A stretch of 61,807 bases of DNA from an uncultured Gammaproteobacteria bacterium (GCA_964603935.1 CAZRWL010000003.1:1-61807), one strand, 5' to 3'. Shown: positions 27,167 through 35,942, counted from the stretch's first letter. Notes: generated by a model not told the origin, from the sequence alone. Numbers and translations are program-made.

Positions 27167-27727
27167 TTAGATTTGCAAGAGTTCCTCTTCTTTTCTTCTC
27201 CCCATCTCATCAACAGGACTCATAATTTCATCTGTTATTTTTTGGATTTCCTGATCTGTTCTGTACATCTGCTCTTCGGAAATTTCTTTATCATTATGCT
27301 GTTTTCTGACAATATTTCTTGCGTCCTGCCTGATCTGCCTAATGGCAATCCGGCCATTTTCCAGTTTCTGCTTCATGAGTTTTATCAGTTCAACTCTCCG
27401 TTCCTGGGACAATGGCGGAATAGAAATTCTGATAATATTTCCATCCGATGATGGAGTTAAACCGACATTAGCTTCCATTATTCCCTTCTGAATTTCACCG
27501 GCGATAGACGGATCAAATGGCTGAAGAACCAGGGTTTGAGGATCGGACGCTGAGATGGTTGCAAGTTCTTTGATTCTTAATCTTTGCGCGCCCGCATAAA
27601 CACTAACTACTACATTTTCAACCAAAGACGGCATGGCGCGTCCTGTTCTGACTGTTGCCAAATCCTCCTGCAAAACCATCAAAGCCTTCTGCATTCTTCC
27701 CCGCATTTCCGCCACCACATTATCCAT
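27167..27727 (-). CDS. frr: ribosome recycling factor
   Basis: Typical RRF length and pattern (LATVRTGRA...LTPSSDGNIIRISIPPLSQERR). Confidence 0.95.
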   Translation of the reverse strand: MDNVVAEMRGRMQKALMVLQEDLATVRTGRAMPSLVENVVVSVYAGAQRLRIKELATISASDPQTLVLQPFDPSIAGEIQKGIMEANVGLTPSSDGNIIRISIPPLSQERRVELIKLMKQKLENGRIAIRQIRQDARNIVRKQHNDKEISEEQMYRTDQEIQKITDEIMSPVDEMGRRKEEELLQI

Positions 27728-27821
27728 AAGCTCGTATTAGATTATCAGAAAATGCCTTTTTAATCAATGGTAAAATTAAATAAAACCAAGTTTGAAAATC
27801 TTAATATTCACAACAGAAAAT

Positions 27822-28544
27822 TTAAGAGGAGCCGGGATTTAGAGATTGGGGAGGTGGAAAATTTTGATCTGGCGGTAAAATGTCTGGTTTATCTTTTCCA
27901 AAAAAAGAGTCTAATTGTTTCGTAAAATTTTGAAGTCCTTCCTGTTTTGCCTTTTCCCGAGTTACTTTAAGTTCTTTTGCAAGACTCAACGATTGGCTTA
28001 CTGCCTCTGATATTTGAGGTAAGTCTTGCAGGTTTTTGCTTGAAAGCGCAATTTTGCTATGTATAGGAAGCCAAGTCGATTCAACACGATCAACTCCTCC
28101 CCAACTATGCGTTAATTCTAATGGCTCAGTATTCGGAGAAAATAGTTCTTTATAATTTTCTTTTAAAGCTTCTTTTTCCAAAGCAGAACCACTGGAAGCG
28201 CGCAACTGAATAACCAAAATACTGCCATTTCTTAAAATCACTACGTGTTTTTCTTGATCCTCCCGAACAGGAAGAATATATCCCGCTAAAAAATCTTTGT
28301 TTTGTTGAGTTCTTTCTTCAGGATCTGAAACATCTTTACCTTGAATATTAGCTATTATTTTTTCTGCTCTTGCTATTCTATCTGCTTGAGGATCCTTTTT
28401 GACTATAATTGCTCTTCCGAGCTGTTCGAATTTTAACCTCTCTAACCTTTCCGAAAGACCGGGAGCAGCTCCTTCCATTTGCTCTTCTAAATTTCTGAAA
28501 AACTCTTCGCTACCTTCCGTTGGAATGCCTTTTTCACCATTCAT
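27822..28544 (-). CDS. hypothetical protein (sits where pyrH usually lies)
   Basis: ORF only. It lacks the UMP kinase GGGN motifs. Confidence 0.45.
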   Translation of the reverse strand: MNGEKGIPTEGSEEFFRNLEEQMEGAAPGLSERLERLKFEQLGRAIIVKKDPQADRIARAEKIIANIQGKDVSDPEERTQQNKDFLAGYILPVREDQEKHVVILRNGSILVIQLRASSGSALEKEALKENYKELFSPNTEPLELTHSWGGVDRVESTWLPIHSKIALSSKNLQDLPQISEAVSQSLSLAKELKVTREKAKQEGLQNFTKQLDSFFGKDKPDILPPDQNFPPPQSLNPGSS

Positions 28545-28573
28545 ATAAAAATGATACCTAATCTAAGTTTGCA

Positions 28574-29370
28574 TGTCAACAGATCAACAAATCCCACCTC
28601 GAAGGTGGATTAGCTTGGCACCCTTTCTTTCTACACCTTGTCTTCCAAGGTTAGGTGCTTGATTTGTTCTAGCCGTCTTGCGTAATCAACCCTGTCCATA
28701 ACAAACTGTCTATATTTTTCTTTTGACGGAAACAAATCTAAAACAATTTCTTTATCTGCAATCTGGGTCTTTTGATTTCCCAAATATTCTGGATAAGACG
28801 ACCATTGATAATTTTCCAACTGTTCCGGCTCCACCAAAAATGATGACGTCGGATTCAAATGTATATATCTTGATACATGCATCAACTGCTCGTCCGATTC
28901 AACCCTAACTCCCTTAAACGCTCCTTGAAACAGGGGGCCAATCCGCTCATGTTTGGTATTAAAATATTTAGTATAGCTATTTGTAAAATTAGCTGCAAAA
29001 ATTGAGACGCCGTTTTTTATCATCTGCTTAACTAAAAAGTGAAAATGGTTAGGCATTAAACAATAAGAGATAATTTTAATTAGCTTCTGATTTTCGCCGT
29101 GAACTTTTTCAATCAGTTTGATTTTTTCAGGCTCGGAAAGAACTAAGAATTTAGATAGCTTAAAGGGTAAATTTGCAAATCTATAAAAATCAAGCGTTTT
29201 CACCCCCCTCTCAAATTCCCTTTTGCTTGTGAATGTAGGTCTTTTTTCAACCCCTCGATTAAAAATGTGGTAAATCTCATCGTTAGCAAAAACGAACTTT
29301 CTATTAGTAGCCATAACTATACCTTACAGTAAAAAAGAGGATGTGTCAAGCTAGACCACCTCGAAGGTGG
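28574..29370 (-). mobile_element. IS200/IS605-like or RAYT unit: Y1 transposase gene flanked by identical hairpins
   Basis: tgtcaa...ccacctcgaaggtggat occurs on both sides of the gene, with hairpins at 28594-28608 and 29356-29370. Confidence 0.7.
28631..29314 (-). CDS. IS200-like / REP-associated tyrosine (HUH Y1) transposase
   Basis: HUH motif YCLMPNHFHFLV and catalytic Tyr region SRYIHLNP. Confidence 0.8.
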   Translation of the reverse strand: MATNRKFVFANDEIYHIFNRGVEKRPTFTSKREFERGVKTLDFYRFANLPFKLSKFLVLSEPEKIKLIEKVHGENQKLIKIISYCLMPNHFHFLVKQMIKNGVSIFAANFTNSYTKYFNTKHERIGPLFQGAFKGVRVESDEQLMHVSRYIHLNPTSSFLVEPEQLENYQWSSYPEYLGNQKTQIADKEIVLDLFPSKEKYRQFVMDRVDYARRLEQIKHLTLEDKV

Positions 29371-29383
29371 ATGTTGTTTGCGT

Positions 29384-29842
29384 TTACTCCCCGATTGCGA
29401 ATCTTTGAAGTCGTTTTATAACAATATTTTCACCAAGTTTTGCGATTGCTTCTTTTACCAAGCTGTCAATGGTTTTCGAGCTGTCTCTAATGTATTCTTG
29501 CTGCAAAAGCGCTGAAACATCTTTCGGATTCATGGCTGCTGTCTGCATACAAATTTCGTGTACAAGATTTTTAAATACGTCGGTTCTGGCAACGAAATCA
29601 GTCTCGCATAAAACTTCGACCAAAGCCCCAACCCTGCCATTTTGATGGATGTAAGATTCAACCAGCCCTTGCGAGGTTTCACGATCAGATTTTTTCGCAG
29701 CTTTTTCCAGACCTTTTGCTCTTATCCATTCTTTGGCTTTGGCGTAATCTCCTTTCGCTTCTTCCAAAGCCTTCCTGCAATCCGCAATCCCTGCAGACGT
29801 TTCAAGTCTTAATTTCTTTAGCAAAGTCAAATCGACACTCAT
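29384..29842 (-). CDS. tsf: elongation factor Ts (compact 152-aa form)
   Basis: UBA-like N-terminus LKKLRLETSAGIADCRKALEEA, core motif CETDFVAR, and a GENIVIKR...IGE end. Confidence 0.85.
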   Translation of the reverse strand: MSVDLTLLKKLRLETSAGIADCRKALEEAKGDYAKAKEWIRAKGLEKAAKKSDRETSQGLVESYIHQNGRVGALVEVLCETDFVARTDVFKNLVHEICMQTAAMNPKDVSALLQQEYIRDSSKTIDSLVKEAIAKLGENIVIKRLQRFAIGE

Positions 29843-29877
29843 AATAATTTATAATTTACTGTCCTTTCTCGCTAAAA

Positions 29878-30291
29878 TCACGAATTCGTTTGCGAACTTC
29901 GCGAATTATTAATAATGCGTTTATATGTTACTCCGTTGCTGCCAAAATAAGCAAGGATTCCAAGCTTCAAACCAGTCGTCTTTAGGTACATTAAAACTTG
30001 CTTAATATCCGACATATTGTTTTTATTACCCTTCTTAAGCTCTAATATAACAGACTCATTGATCAAAAAATCCAAATAATGCTTACCAATTGAATTATTG
30101 TCAATAGTAATTTGAACCAAAACTTCTCTCTTAAATGGAATTTTCCGTTTTGTCAAAAATATTTCAACCGCCTTCTGACAATACTTTTCTTGATAATTAG
30201 ATCCTAAATTCTTAAAAGCATCAAACAAAGCTCCCACAATCTCATAGCTCAACTCTTTATGTAAAATTTTATCACTTTGTTGATTTTTCAC
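29878..30291 (-). CDS. GxxExxY / PD-(D/E)XK nuclease-fold protein
   Basis: N-terminal helix ELSYEIVGALFDAFKNLGSNYQEKY and a D...ELK core (DFLINESVILELKK). It overlaps the rpsB 3' end by 20 nt. Confidence 0.65.
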   Translation of the reverse strand: MKNQQSDKILHKELSYEIVGALFDAFKNLGSNYQEKYCQKAVEIFLTKRKIPFKREVLVQITIDNNSIGKHYLDFLINESVILELKKGNKNNMSDIKQVLMYLKTTGLKLGILAYFGSNGVTYKRIINNSRSSQTNS

Positions 30292-31123
30292 CTTTAGATT
30301 TTTTTACGTTTTTCTTTACCTTTGGCTTAATATCTTTAACTTCCGTCTTTTTTGCGTCTTTCGCGAGCCCTTCTTCTTTCGCGACTTTCGCTTCTTGTTC
30401 GCGTTTTTCGCGAGACACATTTTGCTCGAACTGTTTTCTTCCTTCAATCCACGAATCTATTATATAACCAACAACGAGCTTTATGCTGCCGACAGCGTCA
30501 TCATTGGCGGGAATTGGATAATCAACAAGAGCGGGATCCGCATTAGTATCAACCAGAGCGACCGTCGGAACATGAGTAGACAGCGCTTCCCTGACTGCCA
30601 AATCCTCCAAATGAGAATCAATTATAAAAAGAGCATCGGGTTTCCTGGTGATCTTAGCAACCCCGCCGTAAAGATTTTCCAGCTTGTTCTTTTCTTTCTC
30701 CCATCCGCCAATTTCTTTTTTCGTGTATCTTGCTTTTACCTCATCATCCTGCAGATCAGTTATAAAATCATGTAGTTTTCTAAAGTTTTTGGAAACCTCC
30801 TGAAAATTAGTCAGAAGCCCTCCCACCCAACGATTGGTAATGTAGAAAAGATTGACATCGCTAGCGCGTTTTACTTCCTCTTCAACTATTGCCCTTGCCT
30901 GTCTTTTTGTCCCTACGATTACTAAACTGCTTCCTTTGGAGGCCAAAGCCTTTATAAAGGCGGCGGCCTCTTCAAGCCCTTCTTTTGTTTTAGCTAAATC
31001 AATAATGTGGATGTTATCGCGGGCTTCAAAAATAAAATCCCGGGCTTTGGGGTTACTTCGTGTAACTTGGTGGCCGAAATGACACCCTGCTTCCAATAAT
31101 TCTTCTAATGTAATTTCTCTCAT
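30272..31123 (-). CDS. rpsB: 30S ribosomal protein S2
   Basis: LLEAGCHFGHQVTRSNPK and the general S2 pattern, with a lysine-rich C-terminal tail. Confidence 0.95.
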   Translation of the reverse strand: MREITLEELLEAGCHFGHQVTRSNPKARDFIFEARDNIHIIDLAKTKEGLEEAAAFIKALASKGSSLVIVGTKRQARAIVEEEVKRASDVNLFYITNRWVGGLLTNFQEVSKNFRKLHDFITDLQDDEVKARYTKKEIGGWEKEKNKLENLYGGVAKITRKPDALFIIDSHLEDLAVREALSTHVPTVALVDTNADPALVDYPIPANDDAVGSIKLVVGYIIDSWIEGRKQFEQNVSREKREQEAKVAKEEGLAKDAKKTEVKDIKPKVKKNVKKSKGEKSTK

Positions 31124-31206
31124 AATAACCCCTTAAAACCTCCTCTGATTAACCAAGTCTAACTTGGCAGGGATAGAAATCAGAGTGCTAAGATATTCTC
31201 ATTATA
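31124..31206 (-). promoter_or_regulatory. rpsB promoter (-10 TATAAT) and structured leader
   Basis: On the minus strand, TATAAT lies at 31201-31206. The leader has an outer stem CUCUGAUU/AAUCAGAG enclosing an inner perfect hairpin CCAAGU-UAG-ACUUGG. The 3' arm of the outer stem abuts the GAGGAGG SD. Confidence 0.4.
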
Positions 31207-31232
31207 ATAAAAATTCTTTGAAAATGCAATGT

Positions 31233-31421
31233 TCACTTGGGTTTTGGAGGAATAATAACGTTTGGCTGCGGTTGTCTCCCTAACATACCGCGCATAAATC
31301 TTCTTTCTCCAACAGCCAGCCTACGAGCCCTGCGCTGATTCACGCTAATTCTACCATCAGCCTCAAGCATTATTTGATGCGGGGATATTCTTGTCCCATT
31401 TCCTTTTGTTTCAATGTTCAT
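31233..31421 (-). CDS. small basic hypothetical protein
   Basis: ORF only, with no SD and no motif. Confidence 0.2.
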   Translation of the reverse strand: MNIETKGNGTRISPHQIMLEADGRISVNQRRARRLAVGERRFMRGMLGRQPQPNVIIPPKPK

Positions 31422-31435
31422 ATCTATATTTTAAG

Positions 31436-31663
31436 CTATGTTTTGCCTAAATTCAAGCCTTTTGACGGACCAAGACGAACAACGTTTTTCATCTTCGGCC
31501 CCAAAGGTCCTCTTTGCAGTCTTTTTTCGCCTTCTCTTTTTTGTTTAGGAGTGGGATGACTGAATCGCCGTCTGCTTTTGGGTTTAGGAGTCTTTTGAAA
31601 AGACTGTACCCCTTCGGTGTCTGCTGTTAATAATCCTTCCCTTACACTTCGTTCTTTTCCCAT
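31436..31663 (-). CDS. small basic hypothetical protein
   Basis: ORF only. It is K/R/P-rich and has no motif. Confidence 0.2.
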   Translation of the reverse strand: MGKERSVREGLLTADTEGVQSFQKTPKPKSRRRFSHPTPKQKREGEKRLQRGPLGPKMKNVVRLGPSKGLNLGKT

Positions 31664-31681
31664 AAATTTATCAATAAAATT

Positions 31682-33025
31682 CTAGGGTAAAGGAAATTTT
31701 TGGCAAAGATATTTCACTTCTTTTGCGATTTTCAAAAGTTTTTTATTTTTTATAACATCTACTCTAAATCTTCTCCAAAATTCTTTTCTTTTTTCTTTTA
31801 TGGTGAGCTTGTCGAACCCATTGTCATTTGGCAAAACCTGATTTGAAACTTCGCTGATAACCTCATTTATCCATTTTCCAATTTTGACCATTTCTTTTTC
31901 TTTCATTCCCCGGGTTGTAATTGCCGGAGTGCCAAGACGGATTCCTGAGGGATAAAAAGGAGGCAGCGTGTCTTCTGGGACTGCATTTTTGTTAACCACA
32001 ATTCCCGCGACCTCCAAAGCTAAAGCAGCAACCGCGCCGTTTACTTTCTTATTCGACAAATCGATTAGCAATAAATGGTTGTCCGTTCCCCCGCTTATCA
32101 AATTAAAATCAAAACTTGCAAGCTCATCGGCTAGAACTTTCGCATTCTTAACAATCTGCTGTCCGTATTTTTTAAACGAAGCTTTGCTTGCTTCCAAAAG
32201 AGCAACCGCAATTGCTGCAGTTTGGTTATCATGCGGGCCTCCCTGCAAACCCGGAAATACCGCTTTATCAATTTTATCTCCTAATTCCGGATCTTTTTTG
32301 AGTCCTTTTTGCGTAACCATAAGCATTGCACCCCGAGGACCTCTTAAAGTTTTGTGCGTTGTAGTCATAATAATATGAACATGCGGAGCAGGCGATGGAT
32401 GCGCTCCGGCGATTATCAAACCTGTAATGTGTGAAATGTCCGCCAGCAAATACGCCCCGACTTTGTCCGCGATTTCCCCAAATCTTTTGAAATCAATAAT
32501 TCTGGGATATGCGGTTGCTCCGCAGACAATAATCTTGGGTTTTTCTTTCAAAGCCAGTTTTTCGATTGCGCCATAATCCAAGTAACCGTTTTTGTCTAAT
32601 TCGTAAGAAACAATTGTGAAGTATTTTCCGGAAAAGCTGACCGGTGATCCGTGAGTTAAATGTCCCCCAAAGGCTAAGGATAAGCCCATGATTTTGTCTT
32701 TGGGCTGCAAAAGCGCGAAATAAACTGCGGTATTCGCAGGACTTCCGGAATAAGGCTGAACATTTACATGGGCAACGCCGAACAATTTTTTCGCCCGTTC
32801 CATAGCCAAAATTTCAACCGAATCTATAAATTTATTTCCCTGATAATATCTTTTTTTAGCGTACCCTTCCGAATATTTGTTAGTCAGAACCGAACCCAAA
32901 GCTTCCATTACAGCAGGTGATGCATAATTTTCCGAAGGAATCATTTCCAAAACATCTTCTTGCCTTTTTTCTTCTTGCTTTATGAGATCAAAAATCCACG
33001 GATCGACAACCTTTAAGTTCTTCAC
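31682..33025 (-). CDS. glyA: serine hydroxymethyltransferase
   Basis: SENYAS, the PLP lysine region TTTHKTLRGPRG. GTG 33025 (VKNLKVVDPWIFD) is the preferred start, because the track start at 33094 would overlap the divergent promoter and gene. Confidence 0.93.
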   Translation of the reverse strand: MKNLKVVDPWIFDLIKQEEKRQEDVLEMIPSENYASPAVMEALGSVLTNKYSEGYAKKRYYQGNKFIDSVEILAMERAKKLFGVAHVNVQPYSGSPANTAVYFALLQPKDKIMGLSLAFGGHLTHGSPVSFSGKYFTIVSYELDKNGYLDYGAIEKLALKEKPKIIVCGATAYPRIIDFKRFGEIADKVGAYLLADISHITGLIIAGAHPSPAPHVHIIMTTTHKTLRGPRGAMLMVTQKGLKKDPELGDKIDKAVFPGLQGGPHDNQTAAIAVALLEASKASFKKYGQQIVKNAKVLADELASFDFNLISGGTDNHLLLIDLSNKKVNGAVAALALEVAGIVVNKNAVPEDTLPPFYPSGIRLGTPAITTRGMKEKEMVKIGKWINEVISEVSNQVLPNDNGFDKLTIKEKRKEFWRRFRVDVIKNKKLLKIAKEVKYLCQKFPLP

Positions 33026-33044
33026 GCAATTATTATATGTTGTC

Positions 33045-33074
33045 TTGACAAAATAATCAACGATTTGATATACT
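33045..33074 (+). promoter_or_regulatory. sigma-70-like promoter (TTGACA-18-TATACT), 6 nt before ATG 33081
   Basis: The hexamers were read directly. Confidence 0.55.
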
Positions 33075-33080
33075 TTACTT

Positions 33081-33746
33081 ATGGAAGTTACCAATGGAAT
33101 GGATCGCCATCAAGAAAACGAAGAAAGTAGAAGAATAAAAGAACGTTTAAAGCAAAATGGATTCTTGATTGTTCATATAGAACCAAAGTCTCTTCGGCAA
33201 ATTTGGCAAGAAGAAGGATATCTTCCCGCTGACTTACAAGGACCAGACGATCTAATAGATGCTGCTCCTGAAGAAATGGATGTTGCTATTGATCTTGGTC
33301 TAAAAACTCTCCCTAGCGATGGCGTTACTCCTCAACCAAAAGCTCCATTTATGCAAACACGTCATAACAAGGAGATAAGAAATCCCGCTAAACTTCTTGA
33401 ACAATACGAGAAGGGGTTGAGAAAACAGAATCTCTTGGGATCACCAAGCTATGGCGCACATATGCATCCAATAAGCAATCCAATCTTTGCAGCCTTTGGT
33501 TCTGTGCTTGCGCAAATAGATAAAGCTTCCAAAGACATATATCCCCAGGGACAAAAACAGGGTATTTTTGAAAGACACTTTTTTGAAGGACTTATCGATA
33601 ATAGCTTACCCAATACTTATACTACTTATGGCTGGGACCATAGACCAGTAGTCCGCGTGCACGATGACAAGAGTTTGGGACGTACGCGTGTTGTACCCGT
33701 AGTGTTTATTCCACGACAAAACTTACACATACCGCCTCCGAGATAA
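33081..33746 (+). CDS. hypothetical protein
   Basis: ORF directly after a consensus promoter. No motif recognised. Confidence 0.45.
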   Translation: MEVTNGMDRHQENEESRRIKERLKQNGFLIVHIEPKSLRQIWQEEGYLPADLQGPDDLIDAAPEEMDVAIDLGLKTLPSDGVTPQPKAPFMQTRHNKEIRNPAKLLEQYEKGLRKQNLLGSPSYGAHMHPISNPIFAAFGSVLAQIDKASKDIYPQGQKQGIFERHFFEGLIDNSLPNTYTTYGWDHRPVVRVHDDKSLGRTRVVPVVFIPRQNLHIPPPR

Positions 33747-33773
33747 TCTTTCAACTACACCTACCAAAGAATT

Positions 33774-34280
33774 TTATCTTTCCAACTCCAAAAATTTATA
33801 TTTGTACTTCCCGTTATCATGCGCTTCTTCAAAAACCACTTTTTTAAAACCTGAATAATCCGGGAAAAAAGTATCAGCGTCAAATTCCCCCTCAACAATT
33901 GTCAGATATAATTTGTCTGTGGCACCAATTGTTTGTTGAAAAATTTTCTCTCCTCCAATAATAAAAACTTCCTCTTTTTCTTTTTGCCTAGCTATCTTAA
34001 GCGCCTCTTCGATCGAATACGCAGCAAAACCATATTTTGGATCAACAGAATAATTTTTGTTGTGAGTTACAACAATATGCGTTCTCATGGACATTGTGGG
34101 CTTTCCGCTTTTTTGATAATAGGAAAGCATTGATTCATATGTTGTTCTTCCCAAAATAACAGTATGCCCAACAGTTAAGTTCTTAAGTCGGACCAAATCC
34201 TCCTTGATATGCCATGGAATTTTGTTATCTTTTCCAATTCCCCTCTTCTTATCCATCACGGCAATTATTGAAACTTTCAT
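33774..34280 (-). CDS. folA: dihydrofolate reductase
   Basis: IIAVMDKKRGIGKDNKIPWHIKEDL and VILGRTTYES. There is a 4-nt overlap with thyA. Confidence 0.9.
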   Translation of the reverse strand: MKVSIIAVMDKKRGIGKDNKIPWHIKEDLVRLKNLTVGHTVILGRTTYESMLSYYQKSGKPTMSMRTHIVVTHNKNYSVDPKYGFAAYSIEEALKIARQKEKEEVFIIGGEKIFQQTIGATDKLYLTIVEGEFDADTFFPDYSGFKKVVFEEAHDNGKYKYKFLELER

Positions 34281-35272
34281 TTTTTCTTCCCCTCGTACAA
34301 TCCTCCCGCGACTGTTAATTCTCCCTTTATTGCCGGATGGGGGTTGTAATTTTCAAGAATTATTTTGTCCGGAGTAAAATCGGAAAGTTCTCCCATTTTG
34401 CCAATAATTTTTATTGTCGGGAAAGGACGGGGTTCCCTTTTGAGCTGTTCTTTGACCTGCTCGATATGATTTTCGTAAATATGCACATCGCCAAAAGTAT
34501 GGATAAATTCTCCGGGCTGTAAGCCCGCAATTTTAGCAAGAATTATTGTCAATAAAGCATACGATGCGATGTTAAACGGCACGCCCAAAAATAAATCCGC
34601 GCTTCTTTGATAAAGCTGCAAAGATAATTTTCCATTTCTATTGCTTATTTGATACATATTGTGGCAGATTGGAAATCTTGAAGCGTCTCTGTTAGTTGCC
34701 ATAGTGTAAAGATATTCCGGATTCCAGGAATTAACTATTAAATTTTTGGCATCCGGATCATCTTTCATCTCCTGCATCACCCATTTTAATTGATCAATCG
34801 TCCTTCCTTTTTTGCGGGCTTGCCCTGAGCTTGCCGAATGGGTGGGCCAGCTTCTCCACATTTCCCCATAAATTCTGGGCAAATTCCCCCAACGCTTTGC
34901 AAACTTATTATCAGTTGCAATTCTATTTATAAATTCTTCTTTGGACATTTGAGATTTGAGATTTGAGATTTGAGATTTAAATTTACCGCAGTAAATTTTA
35001 TATGGGTAATCATCCCAAATGTGCACATTATTGTCGACTAAATACTTAATGTTGGTCTGTCCTGAAAAAAACCAATAAAGTTCGTGCAAAACTCCTTTCC
35101 AATAAACTCGTTTTGTAGTCAAAAGCGGAAATCCTTTTGAAAGATCATATCTTGTCTGCCGTCCAAACAAACTATAAAGTTTGATATTTGTCCCGCGGTC
35201 AATCTTTTTAATCCCATGCTCCAACGCCTCTCTCACCAAATCCAAATACTGATATTCTCCGTGCTTATTCAT
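34277..35272 (-). CDS. thyA: thymidylate synthase (ThyA)
   Basis: Motifs YQYLDL, WRSWP, PICHNMYQ (catalytic Cys) and DVHIYENH. The track start at 35290 lies within a REP-A hairpin, so ATG 35272 is preferred. The gene carries two in-frame inserts. Confidence 0.93.
   Translation of the reverse strand: MNKHGEYQYLDLVREALEHGIKKIDRGTNIKLYSLFGRQTRYDLSKGFPLLTTKRVYWKGVLHELYWFFSGQTNIKYLVDNNVHIWDDYPYKIYCGKFKSQISNLKSQMSKEEFINRIATDNKFAKRWGNLPRIYGEMWRSWPTHSASSGQARKKGRTIDQLKWVMQEMKDDPDAKNLIVNSWNPEYLYTMATNRDASRFPICHNMYQISNRNGKLSLQLYQRSADLFLGVPFNIASYALLTIILAKIAGLQPGEFIHTFGDVHIYENHIEQVKEQLKREPRPFPTIKIIGKMGELSDFTPDKIILENYNPHPAIKGELTVAGGLYEGKKK
34951..34978. repeat. (gagattt)4 heptanucleotide tandem repeat inside thyA
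   Basis: gagatttgagatttgagatttgagattt, translated as KSQISNLKSQ. Confidence 0.85.
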
Positions 35273-35285
35273 ATCTTTCCCCTGT

Positions 35286-35312
35286 GTCATGCTGAACTCG
35301 TTTCAGCATCTC
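35286..35312. repeat. REP-A half element (first hairpin only)
   Basis: gtcatgctgaactcgtttcagcatctc. Confidence 0.75.
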
Positions 35313-35412
35313 ATTTTTGCTTTTCTACAATAACAAAAAGCTCAAGAAACTACAAGAGGAAATGTTGTGCAAACCAGGTTTGAAATAGCTAGACAATGCG
35401 GATGCAATGCTT

Positions 35413-35670
35413 TTATCTGTACAGTTTGCTGTGGGAGTCAATTTTTACAAAGACTGCGTTTTCTAAAGTTTTTATATAAATTGCTCGTAAATCGCCACCT
35501 ATATTTATACTTCTGTATCCCTGATATTCTCCGCTTAAAGCGTGATTGTTCAATATTGGATTGAATGGATCTTTTTCAAAAAGAAGTTGTCTCTCCTGAA
35601 ATTTTTTCTTTATTTTAGAAGGAAGTTTCTTGAAATATTTTAATAAGTCCTTATGATAGTTAATTATCAT
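35413..35670 (-). CDS. type II toxin, RelE/ParE superfamily
   Basis: 85 aa with 4-nt overlap to the upstream antitoxin gene. The pattern LSGEYQGYRSINIGGDLRAIY is RelE/YafQ-like. Confidence 0.75.
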   Translation of the reverse strand: MIINYHKDLLKYFKKLPSKIKKKFQERQLLFEKDPFNPILNNHALSGEYQGYRSINIGGDLRAIYIKTLENAVFVKIDSHSKLYR

Positions 35671-35942
35671 AGGGAATCAAGATATTTATTTGCTTCTATA
35701 GCGCTTTGAAAAGGACCAACTATATTTCTTTTGTGCTTAATGTCTTTTTCAACTCTAGCTACCAGTTTTTCAAGTTCCGGAGTCATTTGCGGAGTATCGG
35801 AAAAAATCACTTCTCTGGTTCTTATAAAATTTCGAAGCGCGGCATTAATAACATCACTAAGGCTCAAACCCAGCGCTTTGGCAGCCTCGGCCGCATTTTT
35901 CTTAACTTCCTTATCTGCTCTGATATGAATTACGGTTTGCAT
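35667..35942 (-). CDS. type II antitoxin, RelB/DinJ family
   Basis: MQTVIHIRADKEVKKNAAEAAKALGLSLSDVINAALRNFI has an RHH DinJ-like N-terminus. Upstream TTGACA-18-TATACT lies at 35954-35983 on the minus strand. Confidence 0.75.
   Translation of the reverse strand: MQTVIHIRADKEVKKNAAEAAKALGLSLSDVINAALRNFIRTREVIFSDTPQMTPELEKLVARVEKDIKHKRNIVGPFQSAIEANKYLDSL

Noticed and set aside
27822-28544. Whether the 240-aa ORF between the Y1 transposase and frr is a divergent UMP kinase (pyrH), given its position and size.
   Set aside because: It has no GGGN/amino-acid-kinase motifs. The sequence is helical and charged with no resemblance to PyrH.
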